In this document: piece by piece, positions 1 through 10,064 of the stretch
Layout of the letters: every line of letters begins with the position of its first letter
Position numbering within the stretch: the stretch's first letter is position 1
Program-made: the position numbers and the translations under genes
Source of the DNA: Candidatus Dojkabacteria bacterium
GTDB lineage: Bacteria; Patescibacteriota; Dojkabacteria; SC72
NCBI GenBank assembly: GCA_016182915.1
Contig: JACPFP010000003.1
Span: forward strand, 251,685 to 315,684
Length of the DNA: 64,000 nt
Direction of reading: 5' to 3'
Notes under the pieces: model-generated
The model's input: only the letters and a program-made list of their open reading frames with translations
Told to the model about the DNA's origin: nothing
Databases searched by the model: none

Positions 1-1054
1 GCCAGTAGTTTATACCCAGCTTTTCAACTTCCTCAACCATCTTTTTATAACCAAGTGCAACAGGAGTATCTTTATTATAAAAGTTTCTTTGATAAGTAAA
101 TTGATCTAACTGAACATAGTCTACTCCATAACTATGTAGTCTTTTAATCGTTTCAATACACTTTGAATACCATTTTTCATTATTTGGGTTCATTACATAG
201 AAAGGATGAGCTTTATAAAGTTCTACTACAGGAGTACTTTCCAAACCATTTGATTTTATCGTAGCATCATAAAACTCTGGATTTTCTTTTACCCAATCGT
301 AATCAGCAATTCTTGGAATAAAATGGTGACTTGTGAAAAGACCTTTTGAATGAATATATTCTAAGAGTTCTCTAAATCCTTCCTCACCTCCTAAATCCTC
401 AGCTATTTCATACCTAGGAAACATCCTATCAAAGCCTGAAGGATCAGTACCAAAGAAATGGACTATATGTCCGTGTCCGACATGCTCAGCATACTTATCA
501 ACTATGTAGTTTAAATCGCTAAACTTCTTGAACTTAGGAACACCATCAGGGGCAATGACACCTATTTGCAGTAAATACTTTGGAGTATCGAAATTAGTAG
601 CTACTTCAGGCACAATTCCATAGAAATCTTTATATGTTTTTATAGCGTTCTTCCAATCACCAACAAACGGTATAAATATGAAATCATGTTCACATGAAGT
701 GATTGTTATTTCAACTTGATTTCCTTCTATGCGTCTGATACTAAGTTTGCAAAACTTCTCAGTAGGTTTTCCACCGATGAAAATACCATCATTTCCCTTT
801 GTGAATAAGACAAGGGACTTTGTGGATGCGGTACCAGGATAACTTAAGGAATAGCTGAATTTTGTAGGCAAAGAGGTAATATCTTTTATGAATTCACCCT
901 CCTTAGACGGCCAAATAATAGCTTCAAGATCGATACAGAATGAAAAGGTGGTCTGTTCATCAAAAGTCTTAACAACTCTGAGGCTATTTCCATGAATCTG
1001 AACCTCTACTTCACGGAAAATTGACTTTAAATAGCTAATCGTTTCAGCTGGCAT
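1..1054 (-). CDS. Putative glycoside hydrolase, DUF6259-like TIM barrel; 3' end lies outside the window
   Basis: Not in the ORF track. Hand translation gives an open frame from ATG 1054 (MPAETISYLK...) to the window edge, with GFDRMFPRYEIAEDLGGEEGFRELLEYIHSKG and GVDYVQLDQ, which resemble DUF6259/GH TIM-barrel motifs. Confidence 0.6.
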   Translation of the reverse strand, partial: MPAETISYLKSIFREVEVQIHGNSLRVVKTFDEQTTFSFCIDLEAIIWPSKEGEFIKDITSLPTKFSYSLSYPGTASTKSLVLFTKGNDGIFIGGKPTEKFCKLSIRRIEGNQVEITITSCEHDFIFIPFVGDWKNAIKTYKDFYGIVPEVATNFDTPKYLLQIGVIAPDGVPKFKKFSDLNYIVDKYAEHVGHGHIVHFFGTDPSGFDRMFPRYEIAEDLGGEEGFRELLEYIHSKGLFTSHHFIPRIADYDWVKENPEFYDATIKSNGLESTPVVELYKAHPFYVMNPNNEKWYSKCIETIKRLHSYGVDYVQLDQFTYQRNFYNKDTPVALGYKKMVEEVEKLGINYW

Positions 1055-1138
1055 AACTAGTTTTTCAAAATTATCCCACTTACATTACAAGTCGTTAAAC
1101 AATCAATGATTAACTATTTATAACTTGAGTACTTCTTC

Positions 1139-1167
1139 ATAGTAATTCTACAGATACTTTCTGTCAA
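1139..1167 (-). promoter_or_regulatory. sigma70 promoter of the GH-like gene
   Basis: Minus strand TTGACA-N17-TACTAT. Confidence 0.65.
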
Positions 1168-1195
1168 GCAATATTTCTAATACTATACAATATCA

Positions 1196-1639
1196 CTACT
1201 TAACCACCAGGAATTCAACGGAAGCCCCTTCACTGGCTGAAAACACCCCCTCATACGTATACTCTTTTATAACTTCTACACATGCTTGAAAGGTTTGTGG
1301 TTGGGAAACCTTCAGTTTAATTGATACCTGTTCAGGAAAACTCTCCCTCACTATAGCTGAAACATCGGTTAGATAACAGGGAGTAGGGAGGAAACCCGTG
1401 ATTACATATGTCCATTGACTGTTCCCTTCGTAACGATACTTAAGCGTGAAGTCACCAGAGGACTGAGTATTGTAATCCCCTGAGTCTGTACTCGTTCCCG
1501 GCGATGGGACAGGATCAACAGTATTAGTATCTGTATCAGGATTATTCAGAGTATAGTCATTTGAGAAATATAGATAGGCGGCTAAACCTCCAAATATCAC
1601 AATCAAGGTAACAAGGGTATAAATAATAATCTTTTTCAT
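1196..1639 (-). CDS. Membrane-anchored hypothetical protein
   Basis: N-terminal TM, D/T/S/P linker, and a small domain with a Cys pair (LPTPCY...CVEVI). Confidence 0.7.
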   Translation of the reverse strand: MKKIIIYTLVTLIVIFGGLAAYLYFSNDYTLNNPDTDTNTVDPVPSPGTSTDSGDYNTQSSGDFTLKYRYEGNSQWTYVITGFLPTPCYLTDVSAIVRESFPEQVSIKLKVSQPQTFQACVEVIKEYTYEGVFSASEGASVEFLVVK

Positions 1640-1700
1640 AAAGTTTATGATTAACTTATATCCTTCAATCTAGCACAAAGTTGTGGATTTGTATCTTGTA

Positions 1701-1728
1701 TTGCAACTTGTGCTGATATTGGTATAAT
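1701..1728 (+). promoter_or_regulatory. sigma70 promoter with extended -10
   Basis: TTGCAA-N16-TATAAT with TG one base upstream of the -10. Confidence 0.55.
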
Positions 1729-1772
1729 GGCGAACACGTTATAGGATAACTTTAAAGTATTATTTTGTATAT

Positions 1773-2057
1773 ATGACAGAAGGACAAAAATGGCCGGAAA
1801 GTCCAGAGGAATTAAGAGCCCTTGCAAAGGAGATTCTTCAAAATGCTGAAGATAGTAGTCGTGGCGTTTTTACATACACATACGACATTGGTGATCCAAA
1901 GGCAATAACAATTTCGGTTACGGCCGATTCAAGAGTGAGTTTAATATTATTTATTGGAAGCCTTGAAGCCGAAATCGCTCAGAGAGATTTTTATTCACAC
2001 TCCAGTGGGTTAGACGAGAAGAATACCTATTGGACAACAATCACTCCCAAGAATTAA
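1773..2057 (+). CDS. Hypothetical protein
   Basis: 94-aa ORF downstream of a good promoter; family not recognised. Confidence 0.65.
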   Translation: MTEGQKWPESPEELRALAKEILQNAEDSSRGVFTYTYDIGDPKAITISVTADSRVSLILFIGSLEAEIAQRDFYSHSSGLDEKNTYWTTITPKN

Positions 2058-2094
2058 TAGATTTTAAAGACGTAATCCTGTTATAATAGCAGAT

Positions 2095-2544
2095 ATGAAT
2101 AAAGAAATATTTGAATTTCTAAAGCATAATAAGCTGATAACCCTTGCAACAAGTGATAGTGAATTTCCGTGGGTATGTAACCTATACTACGTTGTAGATG
2201 ACAATCTCCACTTCTATTTCCTCTCTTCACCTCAGACTATCCATGCAAAACAGTTGATGGAAAATAACAAAGTCGCATTTACGGTGACAGATACCCACCA
2301 AACCCCTACAGACAAAAAAAAGGCAATACAAGCAACAGGTATAGCAAAAAAAGTAACTGATTTAAAAAAGGTTATCTGGTTTATATCCCAATTTACAAAA
2401 GATCCCAAGAAATATAACGCCAAGGAAATTGTTAAAAGTATAGGGAGGGTCGTATACGAGATAACTCCGACCAAAATGAAATTTTTCAATCAAGAACTTT
2501 ATGAAGAAGAGGGCGGTTTTAAATGGGTTGAAATTAAAGAATAA
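2095..2544 (+). CDS. Pyridoxamine 5'-phosphate oxidase-like (split-barrel, YhbP/UPF0306-like) protein
   Basis: Motifs LITLATS..PWVCNLYY, FYFLSSPQTIHAKQL..N.KVAFTV and AIQATG. Confidence 0.8.
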   Translation: MNKEIFEFLKHNKLITLATSDSEFPWVCNLYYVVDDNLHFYFLSSPQTIHAKQLMENNKVAFTVTDTHQTPTDKKKAIQATGIAKKVTDLKKVIWFISQFTKDPKKYNAKEIVKSIGRVVYEITPTKMKFFNQELYEEEGGFKWVEIKE

Positions 2545-2607
2545 CCAATATGAATAAGCCCTCCTTAACAACGATTACCCATTAAGACATTATCTTTATC
2601 CAACATT

Positions 2608-2970
2608 ATGTCACCATTCGTATTAAGACAAACATTATCCAAGGATCTTCCTTCCGTGAGTGATAAATATGGTGCTGAAAGTATTAACTCTGCACTAAAA
2701 GGAGTACTACCTATAAAAATTACTCTAGATAAAAAACCATACTGGCAATACAACGGTCCTGGAACTAACCCGATTAACGTGAGTGCTGAAGCCGGAGAAT
2801 CCGATAGTATTGATATTAACCTAGGAGAACATGTTGTACATTTCGTTTCAGGATCACTAATCGGAATTGAATACAGTAAACTGGAAAATAGGGACACCGT
2901 AAAAGTAAGCATAATTTCCAAAGACACGGCAGAAGGTATTAACCTAACGATATGGGGAATAATTCCCTAG
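2608..2970 (+). CDS. Hypothetical protein; start uncertain
   Basis: 120-aa ORF codirectional with the upstream genes; its stop overlaps that of msrBA. Confidence 0.5.
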   Translation: MSPFVLRQTLSKDLPSVSDKYGAESINSALKGVLPIKITLDKKPYWQYNGPGTNPINVSAEAGESDSIDINLGEHVVHFVSGSLIGIEYSKLENRDTVKVSIISKDTAEGINLTIWGIIP

Positions 2971-3872
2971 TTCTTTCTTAATTCATGCAATACTTTATCT
3001 AGTTTAGGTTTAATTACAACTCTGCAGTAGCTTCCATTACTATTATTCTCGTAATAGTTTTTATGATAATCCTCAGCCTCGTAAAAGGTATCAAGCTTTC
3101 TCACTTCCGTTACAATTGGAGCCGTGAATTCTTTGCTCACTTTCTTAATAACTTTTTGAATAGCTATTAAATCCATATCTTCACTGTAAAGTATTATAGA
3201 CCGATATTGAGTACCAACATCATTTCCTTGCCTATTAAGGGTTGTTGGATCATGAGCAAGATAGAAAACTTCTAAAATCTTCTCTAATGTTATGATACTC
3301 GGGTCAAAAATCAACTTGGCCACTTCGGCATGTCCTGTCCTACCCGTCGTTACCTGCTCATAGGTTGGATTTGCAACAGTTCCGCCTGCATAACCCGAAA
3401 TAGTTTCCAAAATACCTGGAACCCTTTTATATACAGCTTCGATACACCAGAAACATCCTCCTCCAAGAACAATCTCTCTCTTTTCTACAGTCTTCGCCTT
3501 TATATATTCCCCCGCTCTCTCAACAGGTATGAATCTAATTGATATGGAATTGACACAGTGCCGTGTATCCTTCTCCGTCATATTTTCACCTTTAAAGACG
3601 TGACCTAGATGACCACCACATCTATTACAAACAATCTCAGTTCTATATCCATCGGAATCTACAAGCTCTCTTACAGAGTCAGGGAAGGTATCATCAAATG
3701 CAGGCCATCCACATCCTGCTTCAAACTTAGCTTTAGAGTCAAATAACGGGTTGTCACACTGTTTACATACATATATCCCGTCCTTAAAAAAATCATCATA
3801 CTCCCCTGTAAAGGCTCGTTCTGTAGATTTCTCGAGTATAACCTTTCTCTCCAGCTCTGTAAGTTTATTCAT
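2967..3872 (-). CDS. msrAB: Bifunctional peptide-methionine sulfoxide reductase, MsrB-MsrA fusion
   Basis: MsrB motifs TERAFTGEY, CxxC, GCGWPAF, GHLGHVF, RHCVNS; MsrA motifs GGCFWC, GYAGG, PTYEQV, RQGNDVGTQYRS, AEDYHKNY. The likely start is ATG 3872 (MNKLT), 6 nt after TATAAT; the track starts at 3899. Confidence 0.95.
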   Translation of the reverse strand: MNKLTELERKVILEKSTERAFTGEYDDFFKDGIYVCKQCDNPLFDSKAKFEAGCGWPAFDDTFPDSVRELVDSDGYRTEIVCNRCGGHLGHVFKGENMTEKDTRHCVNSISIRFIPVERAGEYIKAKTVEKREIVLGGGCFWCIEAVYKRVPGILETISGYAGGTVANPTYEQVTTGRTGHAEVAKLIFDPSIITLEKILEVFYLAHDPTTLNRQGNDVGTQYRSIILYSEDMDLIAIQKVIKKVSKEFTAPIVTEVRKLDTFYEAEDYHKNYYENNSNGSYCRVVIKPKLDKVLHELRKN

Positions 3873-3902
3873 ACTTCCATTATATGATACACTGAACAAT
3901 AT

Positions 3903-4844
3903 ATGAATATACTGCCTACAATACTCTCACTCATAGTCTTAATATTTTTTCTGGTCAAATCTGCAGACCTGCTAGAAGATTCTTTCGTAGGAGTATCAAA
4001 AAAGCTCGGAGTCAATACATTTGTAGTCGGCTTCCTAATCCTTGCGATGACCTCATCCCTTCCCGAAACCTTTGTGGCCATCAATGCCGCCGCCAATGAT
4101 TACTCATCTCTCTCAGTGGGTAATATTGTTGGAGCAACAATTCTAATCCTCACACTAGTACTGGGATTAAGTGCTATAAAAAATGGTAGGACACCTTTTC
4201 GAGGATTATATAGTACTAAAGAGGTACTAATCTCACTTGCAATTATCTACGTTCAGATAATTGCCCTGATAGATGGGAAACTTGTATGGATGGAAGGTTT
4301 CTTTCTCATTACCATTTATACAGCCTTTCTCATATATATAATTGGAAAAAGTAGGGTACTTGATCTAAGTAAACATAGAAACGGGGCTTCGGTTCCCTTA
4401 ATTTTTGCCAAGGGTGTATTGGGAGTTTTTGGATTAATAATCACATCAAACCTAACTGTAGCCCAATCTATTTCCCTTGCCCACCAGATTAGCATACCAC
4501 CAGTATTAATTGGTCTTCTTGGAATAAGCATTGGAACAAGTCTTCCTGAATTAACAATACTACTTAGGAGCCACAATAAGGAAACAAACACCCTAGCGGC
4601 AGGTAACTTCATTGGAAGCGCAACGTTTAACACTGCAGTTCTGGGACTCCTTACAATCCTAAACCCAACTATACTAAGGAACTTCACAAGTTTAGTTCCT
4701 GCGATTATGGTACTTTCAATAGTTATCTTTATGTTTTCTTTAATGGTAATAAACGACAGGGATATAACCAGAAGAGAAGGCTTTATTCTCCTCTTTACAT
4801 TTATTTTGTACATAATCCTCGAAGTATTCCTAAATTTTCGATAG
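3903..4844 (+). CDS. Sodium:calcium antiporter (CaCA, YrbG-like)
   Basis: Two alpha repeats (TSSLPET...GNIVGA; GTSLPEL...GNFIGS) and about 10 TM segments. Confidence 0.9.
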   Translation: MNILPTILSLIVLIFFLVKSADLLEDSFVGVSKKLGVNTFVVGFLILAMTSSLPETFVAINAAANDYSSLSVGNIVGATILILTLVLGLSAIKNGRTPFRGLYSTKEVLISLAIIYVQIIALIDGKLVWMEGFFLITIYTAFLIYIIGKSRVLDLSKHRNGASVPLIFAKGVLGVFGLIITSNLTVAQSISLAHQISIPPVLIGLLGISIGTSLPELTILLRSHNKETNTLAAGNFIGSATFNTAVLGLLTILNPTILRNFTSLVPAIMVLSIVIFMFSLMVINDRDITRREGFILLFTFILYIILEVFLNFR

Positions 4845-4849
4845 ATATC

Positions 4850-4886
4850 TTGACAGGCGTTAGCACTCGACGTTATACTCTGCTAA
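4850..4886 (+). promoter_or_regulatory. sigma70 promoter overlapped by a CIRCE-like (HrcA) operator
   Basis: TTGACA (4850)-N18-TATACT (4874). TTAGCACTC-N9-CTCTGCTAA at 4860-4886 matches the CIRCE consensus TTAGCACTC-N9-GAGTGCTAA except three bases of the right arm, and lies upstream of Hsp20. Confidence 0.75.
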
Positions 4887-4941
4887 GAGGATATATGTGT
4901 AAACATCTACCTCGTATTTAATTTATTATTTATTAAATACT

Positions 4942-5391
4942 ATGCAAATAATCAAGAGAAATAGCGACGGAAATAAGGTCGTTTACAGACCATTCAGGTC
5001 TGCCTTTGACGATTTATTTATGTCACCGCTTGATGACTTCTTCTCTGTAACTCCAACATTAAGCACAAGAAATATAAGTGCAGATATGTGGGAAGAAGGA
5101 GAGAATGTCTTCGTTAAGATGGCGCTTCCTGGTATGAAAGAGGAAGATGTAAAGATTAGCATTGAAAACGATGTCTTAACCGTTTCCGCCTCAAATAAAC
5201 AGGAGGAGAAGGAAGAGGATAAAAAGACATACCTATACAGAAGTATGGAAACCTCGTATGAGCAGAGGTTTAATCTTCCATGCAAGGTCAATGTCGATGC
5301 TTCTGAAGCTAAGCTTGATAATGGTGTTATAACAGTTAGAATGCCAAAGTCAGAGGAGCAGAAGGCAAAAGAGATTAAGGTTTCGAAGTAA
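4942..5391 (+). CDS. Small heat-shock protein, Hsp20/alpha-crystallin family
   Basis: DMWEEGENVFVKMALPGMKEEDVKISIENDVLTV...A.LDNGVITVRMPK. Confidence 0.95.
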   Translation: MQIIKRNSDGNKVVYRPFRSAFDDLFMSPLDDFFSVTPTLSTRNISADMWEEGENVFVKMALPGMKEEDVKISIENDVLTVSASNKQEEKEEDKKTYLYRSMETSYEQRFNLPCKVNVDASEAKLDNGVITVRMPKSEEQKAKEIKVSK

Positions 5392-5414
5392 TCAAAGGAT
5401 TTTCCATTGATTTG

Positions 5415-5443
5415 AAAAGAGGAGGTATATACCTCCTCTTTTT
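5415..5443. terminator. Bidirectional intrinsic terminator between hsp20 and copA
   Basis: Perfect inverted repeat AAAAGAGGAGGTAT/ATACCTCCTCTTTT with a T-tract on both strands, between convergent genes. Confidence 0.85.
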
Positions 5444-5450
5444 CTCCGTC

Positions 5451-7802
5451 CTACTTACCTACTTTATAAACTAACTTAAGCCTAAGACTGTTAAGAACAA
5501 CCGAGACAGAACTGAACGCCATAGCAATTCCAGCAATAATTGGGGAGAGCAATACACTTAAAAATGGATACAGAAGACCGGCAGCAACCGGGATTCCAAC
5601 AATATTGTATCCGAAAGCCCAGAAGAGGTTTTGTTTAATAACCCTGAGTGTTTTCTGGGAGAGTGTTATTGCATCAACCAGCTTATTTAAATCGCCTTTT
5701 ATGAGAATAATGTCTGCAGATTCTATTGCAACATCCGTCCCAGTCCCCATAGCAATACCTAAATCTGCCTGAGCTAGTGCAGGAGCATCGTTAACCCCAT
5801 CCCCAACCATTGCAATTATTTTACCTTTGTTCTGCTCCATGAGCTCTTTAATTACCCTAGCTTTATCTGTTGGTAAAACATCCGAGATAACATTGTCTAT
5901 ATTCAATTCCCTTGCAATCTTCTGGGCTACTCCACTATTGTCTCCCGTTAACATTATCGTTTTGATTCCCATCCTGTGAAGCCTTACAAGAGCCTCTGTT
6001 GATTCAGGCTTGATAATATCTGCAATACCTATTACAACCACAGCTTGCCCATCTATAGCGGCTATAACTGAGGTCTTTGCCTCCTCACTTAGCTTCGAAA
6101 CCTTTTCCTTTATATCTTCCCCCATTTTCATATTTAACTTCCCATATAATTTCTCATTACCAATAGTTACAAGTTTTCCCTCAACATACCCACTAACCCC
6201 CATACCTTCGTGATTTTCAAATTTCTCAACTTTGATTACCTTAGAATCCGTCATCGTTGAAACAATATATCCAGTTACCGCAGTTGAGAGTGGATGCTCT
6301 GAAAGATCCTCCACACTCCTAATCATAGATACTTCCTCATTACTCAAATCCCTTATCTTAAGGAAGTCAGTTACCTCAGGTCTACCAATTGTGAGGGTGC
6401 CTGTCTTATCGAAGACTATACTATCGATCTTATGAGCAATCTCTAGTGCCTCTGCATTTTTAAGAAGAATTCCATTTTCAGCCCCAAGTCCAGATCCAAC
6501 CATTATCGCAGTTGGGGTTGCGAGACCAAGAGCACATGGACATGCAATGATGAGAACGGTAGTAGCAATATAGATAGCAAGTTGAAGAGTATTTACGTCT
6601 GCACTAATGATTCCTAACATCGGAGCAATAAAGAACCAGAAAAGGAAAGAGAGTGCAGAGATAGCTATGACAATGGGAACAAATATACTCGATACCTTAT
6701 CCGCCAACTTTTGGATTGGAGCCTGAGAAGCCTGAGCCTCTTCAACGATCTTAATAATCTGAGAGAGCATTGTATCTGCCCCAACCTTCTCAACCTTAAA
6801 CTTTAGTGATCCGGATCTATTTATAGTTCCTCCTATAACCGAATCTCCCTTTCCTTTTGTAACAGGAAGTGACTCCCCAGTTACCATTGATTCATCAACG
6901 GTTGATTCGCCTTCAACAATTACACCATCAACCGCAATCTTCTCTCCAGGTTTTACAATTACAATATCCCCCATAACCAGTTCCTCTAATGCTACTTTGA
7001 TAACCTCACCATCCCTCTCTACCATTGCATCTTTTGCCTGTAGTTGTAGAAGTTTCTGGATTGCACTATTTGCCTTTCCCTTTGCCCTCGCTTCAAGAAG
7101 CCTACCTAGAAGGATAAAGAATATTATAAAGACGGAGGCTTCAAAAAAGACTTCAGCTTCTCCCGTTACCCCTACAAAAAGAGATGGAAAAAATGTTACA
7201 ACTGTGGAGAAAAGCCAGGCGGTGAATGTTCCGACAGCAATCAAGGTATCCATATTAGCAGTTCGAACTTTAAAGGCGGTAAGGGCACTTTTGAATATTC
7301 TACTTCCTGCCAAAAAGAGAATTGGCGTCGCAAGTATAAACTGGAGCAGGAAGAAAAGAGGAATTGCATATCCCTGAGGACCAAAGACAACCTCTCCAAA
7401 AAATTCCATCGGACTACCTGCACTTCCACTCTTAAAGAGAAGCATCCAAATCATAAAAACAAGAAAAGGGATAGATCCAAGACCACTCCATAAGACACTT
7501 CTTTTGAGTGCTTTCAAATCTTCCTCTTTTAACATGGCGGCATGGTCGTGAGCAGAATGTCCATGGCTTTGTGCACTCTCACTCTCATCTCCGGTAACTA
7601 GTTTATAACTTCCTACGCTTGATACAGCCTCTTTAATACTCTCTAAACTTGTATTCTTCTCATCGTATTCCACACTAAGCTTCTCTGCTGCGAAGTTAAC
7701 CATAGCACTCTGTACACCTTTCAGTTCACCTACACTATCCTCAATCAGCGCTTTACATGATGCACAGTGCATACCTATAACTGGATATATCTCCTTTTTC
7801 AT
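5451..7802 (-). CDS. copA: Copper-translocating P1B-type ATPase
   Basis: GMHCASC HMA domain, His-rich linker, [27 protein letters not shown], and YN and MAFSS Cu+ ligands. Confidence 0.97.
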   Translation of the reverse strand: MKKEIYPVIGMHCASCKALIEDSVGELKGVQSAMVNFAAEKLSVEYDEKNTSLESIKEAVSSVGSYKLVTGDESESAQSHGHSAHDHAAMLKEEDLKALKRSVLWSGLGSIPFLVFMIWMLLFKSGSAGSPMEFFGEVVFGPQGYAIPLFFLLQFILATPILFLAGSRIFKSALTAFKVRTANMDTLIAVGTFTAWLFSTVVTFFPSLFVGVTGEAEVFFEASVFIIFFILLGRLLEARAKGKANSAIQKLLQLQAKDAMVERDGEVIKVALEELVMGDIVIVKPGEKIAVDGVIVEGESTVDESMVTGESLPVTKGKGDSVIGGTINRSGSLKFKVEKVGADTMLSQIIKIVEEAQASQAPIQKLADKVSSIFVPIVIAISALSFLFWFFIAPMLGIISADVNTLQLAIYIATTVLIIACPCALGLATPTAIMVGSGLGAENGILLKNAEALEIAHKIDSIVFDKTGTLTIGRPEVTDFLKIRDLSNEEVSMIRSVEDLSEHPLSTAVTGYIVSTMTDSKVIKVEKFENHEGMGVSGYVEGKLVTIGNEKLYGKLNMKMGEDIKEKVSKLSEEAKTSVIAAIDGQAVVVIGIADIIKPESTEALVRLHRMGIKTIMLTGDNSGVAQKIARELNIDNVISDVLPTDKARVIKELMEQNKGKIIAMVGDGVNDAPALAQADLGIAMGTGTDVAIESADIILIKGDLNKLVDAITLSQKTLRVIKQNLFWAFGYNIVGIPVAAGLLYPFLSVLLSPIIAGIAMAFSSVSVVLNSLRLKLVYKVGK

Positions 7803-7819
7803 TTTAATCTTTGATAAAC

Positions 7820-9283
7820 TTAGATTACCTCAACAGTTACCGGTGAGACCATTCCCATCGTACAGGTTATCTTGTAGACACCTTTCTGGGGTGTACCAAG
7901 GTCAATTTCATTCCTTCCTGGTTTAAGTTGAACATAGTTATTCATAAGTCCTCTAGCTAGTAGGTATGATCCGCAGCCTTGAATGCCATTATTCTGAACA
8001 ACAAGCTTCGTTGGAACTCCAGCCTTAATCTTGCTTCCACTTTTAATTTCATATTCAAAACCGCTAGCAGTGAGATTTATAATCTGATATCCCTCTTTGT
8101 CCGGCTCTACCACAGAAGTACCACTTGTCTTTGGAGCACTGTATGAAGGAAGTTTAATATCACTTAGACTTTTAAGACCTAATACATTTAACTGAGCATT
8201 GAAGTTGTATAGTGCGAAGAACAATACCAGTGCACCAGCAACATAGTTAAAAGTTGCATTAAGTTTGGGTCTCTTTGAAACCTCTACACTTGTAAGGCTG
8301 ATGAGGGCAAGGATTGGGAGGGTTCCTAGAGAGAAGAAAAGCAGAATCATTGCACCAGAAAGGAAGGACCCAGAGGTTAAAGCTAATGCCTGTGCAGTTA
8401 TAGTAAAGCCACATGGGAGAAAGAATGTTAAAGCTCCAACCACTAATGGCATATACTTTCCCTGAAAGTCTTCCTCAGATGTTATTTTTCTGGATATAAA
8501 CTTGGGGACTTTAAACTGAAACTTGCTGGCCCACTCAATACCAAGCATCTGCAATCCAAGAATTGCCATAATTAAAGAGACAAGAACGACTCCGATTGTT
8601 GTAAAGGTAGAGGACCCTTCTATTGTTAATCCTAGTGTTCCACCGAGTAACCCAAGAAGTCCACCAAGGAGAGTAAAAGATATAATTCTTCCAATATTAA
8701 ACATGGTAAATGGAATTAGTTTCTGAACTTTGGAGCTAGAGTATATATATACTTCTGACCACTGTTTAGAGAGTGAGAGAAGAAGTCCACCAATTAATGC
8801 TGCACAGCTTGAAAGTCCTGCGACAATCCCAAAAAGGAAGAATGCAGGATATGAGGAGGATGAGGAAACAGATATTCCTGAGGCTAATCCACTCTTTTCG
8901 AGGGTCTTGAAAAGCACAACAAAGACAATGAAAAGAAAAAGAGTCCTAAGAAGAGTCTTCATCTTATCTGTATTGATACTAAGAAAACCATTCTTAATTG
9001 AGATTAATGGAGTTAGATCTTTATAGTATTTTTTCTGTGAGAACATATATCCTGTCTCGTGAAAGATACTGTTTAGTTCCTCTTCAGTCGGCTTGCTCCC
9101 TTTATAGCTAATATTCAATTCTCCCTTTGCAAGTGAGGCATCTACAAATTCCAAATCATCATACTTTTTAAGAAGTTTCTTCTCAATTAGTACTTCACAT
9201 GATGCACAGTGCATTCCGTTTACATAGTATTTACACTGTTTAATCTCAGATTGAAACACTTTTTTTCTTTTGCTCTTACTCAT
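7820..9283 (-). CDS. HMA + DsbD_2/TauE-like transmembrane + cupredoxin-like copper homeostasis protein
   Basis: N-terminal GMHCASCE; TM region with SSCAALIGG and LPCG; C-terminal GC...ITCTMGM cupredoxin-like motif. Confidence 0.85.
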   Translation of the reverse strand: MSKSKRKKVFQSEIKQCKYYVNGMHCASCEVLIEKKLLKKYDDLEFVDASLAKGELNISYKGSKPTEEELNSIFHETGYMFSQKKYYKDLTPLISIKNGFLSINTDKMKTLLRTLFLFIVFVVLFKTLEKSGLASGISVSSSSSYPAFFLFGIVAGLSSCAALIGGLLLSLSKQWSEVYIYSSSKVQKLIPFTMFNIGRIISFTLLGGLLGLLGGTLGLTIEGSSTFTTIGVVLVSLIMAILGLQMLGIEWASKFQFKVPKFISRKITSEEDFQGKYMPLVVGALTFFLPCGFTITAQALALTSGSFLSGAMILLFFSLGTLPILALISLTSVEVSKRPKLNATFNYVAGALVLFFALYNFNAQLNVLGLKSLSDIKLPSYSAPKTSGTSVVEPDKEGYQIINLTASGFEYEIKSGSKIKAGVPTKLVVQNNGIQGCGSYLLARGLMNNYVQLKPGRNEIDLGTPQKGVYKITCTMGMVSPVTVEVI

Positions 9284-9291
9284 AACTATTC

Positions 9292-9549
9292 TTAGTTTAA
9301 TTTATAAATATCGAGAAGTTCTTTAACTGCACTTTCACTTTTACCTTCTTTAATCTGATCTACTAAACATGTGGTCATATGGTTTTCAATGATGACCATA
9401 TCTAGTTTCTTTAGGGCTTTCTGTACAGCAAGAGATTGCAATACTATATCCACACAGTATGCATCTTCTTCTATCATTCTTTCAATAGCGTTGACATGTC
9501 CTTTGATTATTTTCATTCGGTGAACTACCTTTTCTTTATGTGTTTTCAC
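9292..9549 (-). CDS. csoR: CsoR/RcnR-family metal-sensing repressor
   Basis: RMKIIKGHV.AI.RMIEED.YC.DI..Q...H...C (C-H-C Cu ligands); first gene of the copper operon. Confidence 0.92.
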   Translation of the reverse strand: MKTHKEKVVHRMKIIKGHVNAIERMIEEDAYCVDIVLQSLAVQKALKKLDMVIIENHMTTCLVDQIKEGKSESAVKELLDIYKLN

Positions 9550-9569
9550 TATAAATATACCTTTATGTT

Positions 9570-9623
9570 ATATCCCCCATGGGGGGACTAGATATTTATA
9601 ACAAAGTTTAAAAAGAATTGCAA
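9570..9623 (-). promoter_or_regulatory. CsoR operator and csoR promoter
   Basis: C/G-tract pseudo-palindrome TATCCCCCATGGGGGGACTA (9571-9590) just downstream of minus-strand TTGCAA-N17-TATAAA; C/G tracts are characteristic of CsoR operators. Confidence 0.75.
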
Positions 9624-9629
9624 ATGGAA

Positions 9630-9878
9630 TTAGAGAAGCTCTATGAGAAACTCACTATCACCAGGTGCATAGCGGATAAGGGCGGTGAATGCATCCCCCA
9701 CTACGGAATCCCAGCCTAAAACTTCAAGAGTGTCTTGACCACTAGCAAACCTTGCCTGGTCACCCGAAATAATTTGAAGATCCGTAACTTCGCATCCTTT
9801 CTTGGACGCTAGTTCTGCTAGCGCATTTTCAACGACATCATTTTGAGGTTTTTCAAGATTTGGAAAGTAATCAGACAT
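9630..9878 (-). CDS. Small acidic hypothetical protein
   Basis: 82-aa ORF between the tRNA and csoR; family not recognised. Confidence 0.55.
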   Translation of the reverse strand: MSDYFPNLEKPQNDVVENALAELASKKGCEVTDLQIISGDQARFASGQDTLEVLGWDSVVGDAFTALIRYAPGDSEFLIELL

Positions 9879-9938
9879 AAATACTTACATAAAAAATATG
9901 TGAGAAGGATTATAGGATACAGATGAGTGGATTGGCAA

Positions 9939-10014
9939 TGGTGGATGTGCTGGGATTCGAACCCAGAACCTAACGGTTAAGAGCCGCTTGCTCTACCAGT
10001 TGAGCTACACATCC
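9939..10014 (-). tRNA. trnK: tRNA-Lys(CTT)
   Basis: Minus strand GGATGTG TAGCTCAACTGGTAGAGC AAGCGG CT CTT AA CCGTT AGGTT CTGGGTTCGAATCCCAG CACATCC A CCA: 76-nt cloverleaf with encoded CCA. Confidence 0.97.
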
Positions 10015-10064
10015 ACGGCTAAATCTGTAGATAATATCAATATTATCTCATTTTTTCAATATCT

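Noticed and set aside
2550-2610. Possible frameshift joining ATG 2550 (MNKPSLTTITH*) to the 2608 ORF
   Set aside because: No slippery site and no homology evidence are available, so it cannot be supported.
9939-10014. tRNA-Lys as an integration site for the copper/stress genes
   Set aside because: No duplicated tRNA 3' end and no integrase were seen in the window.
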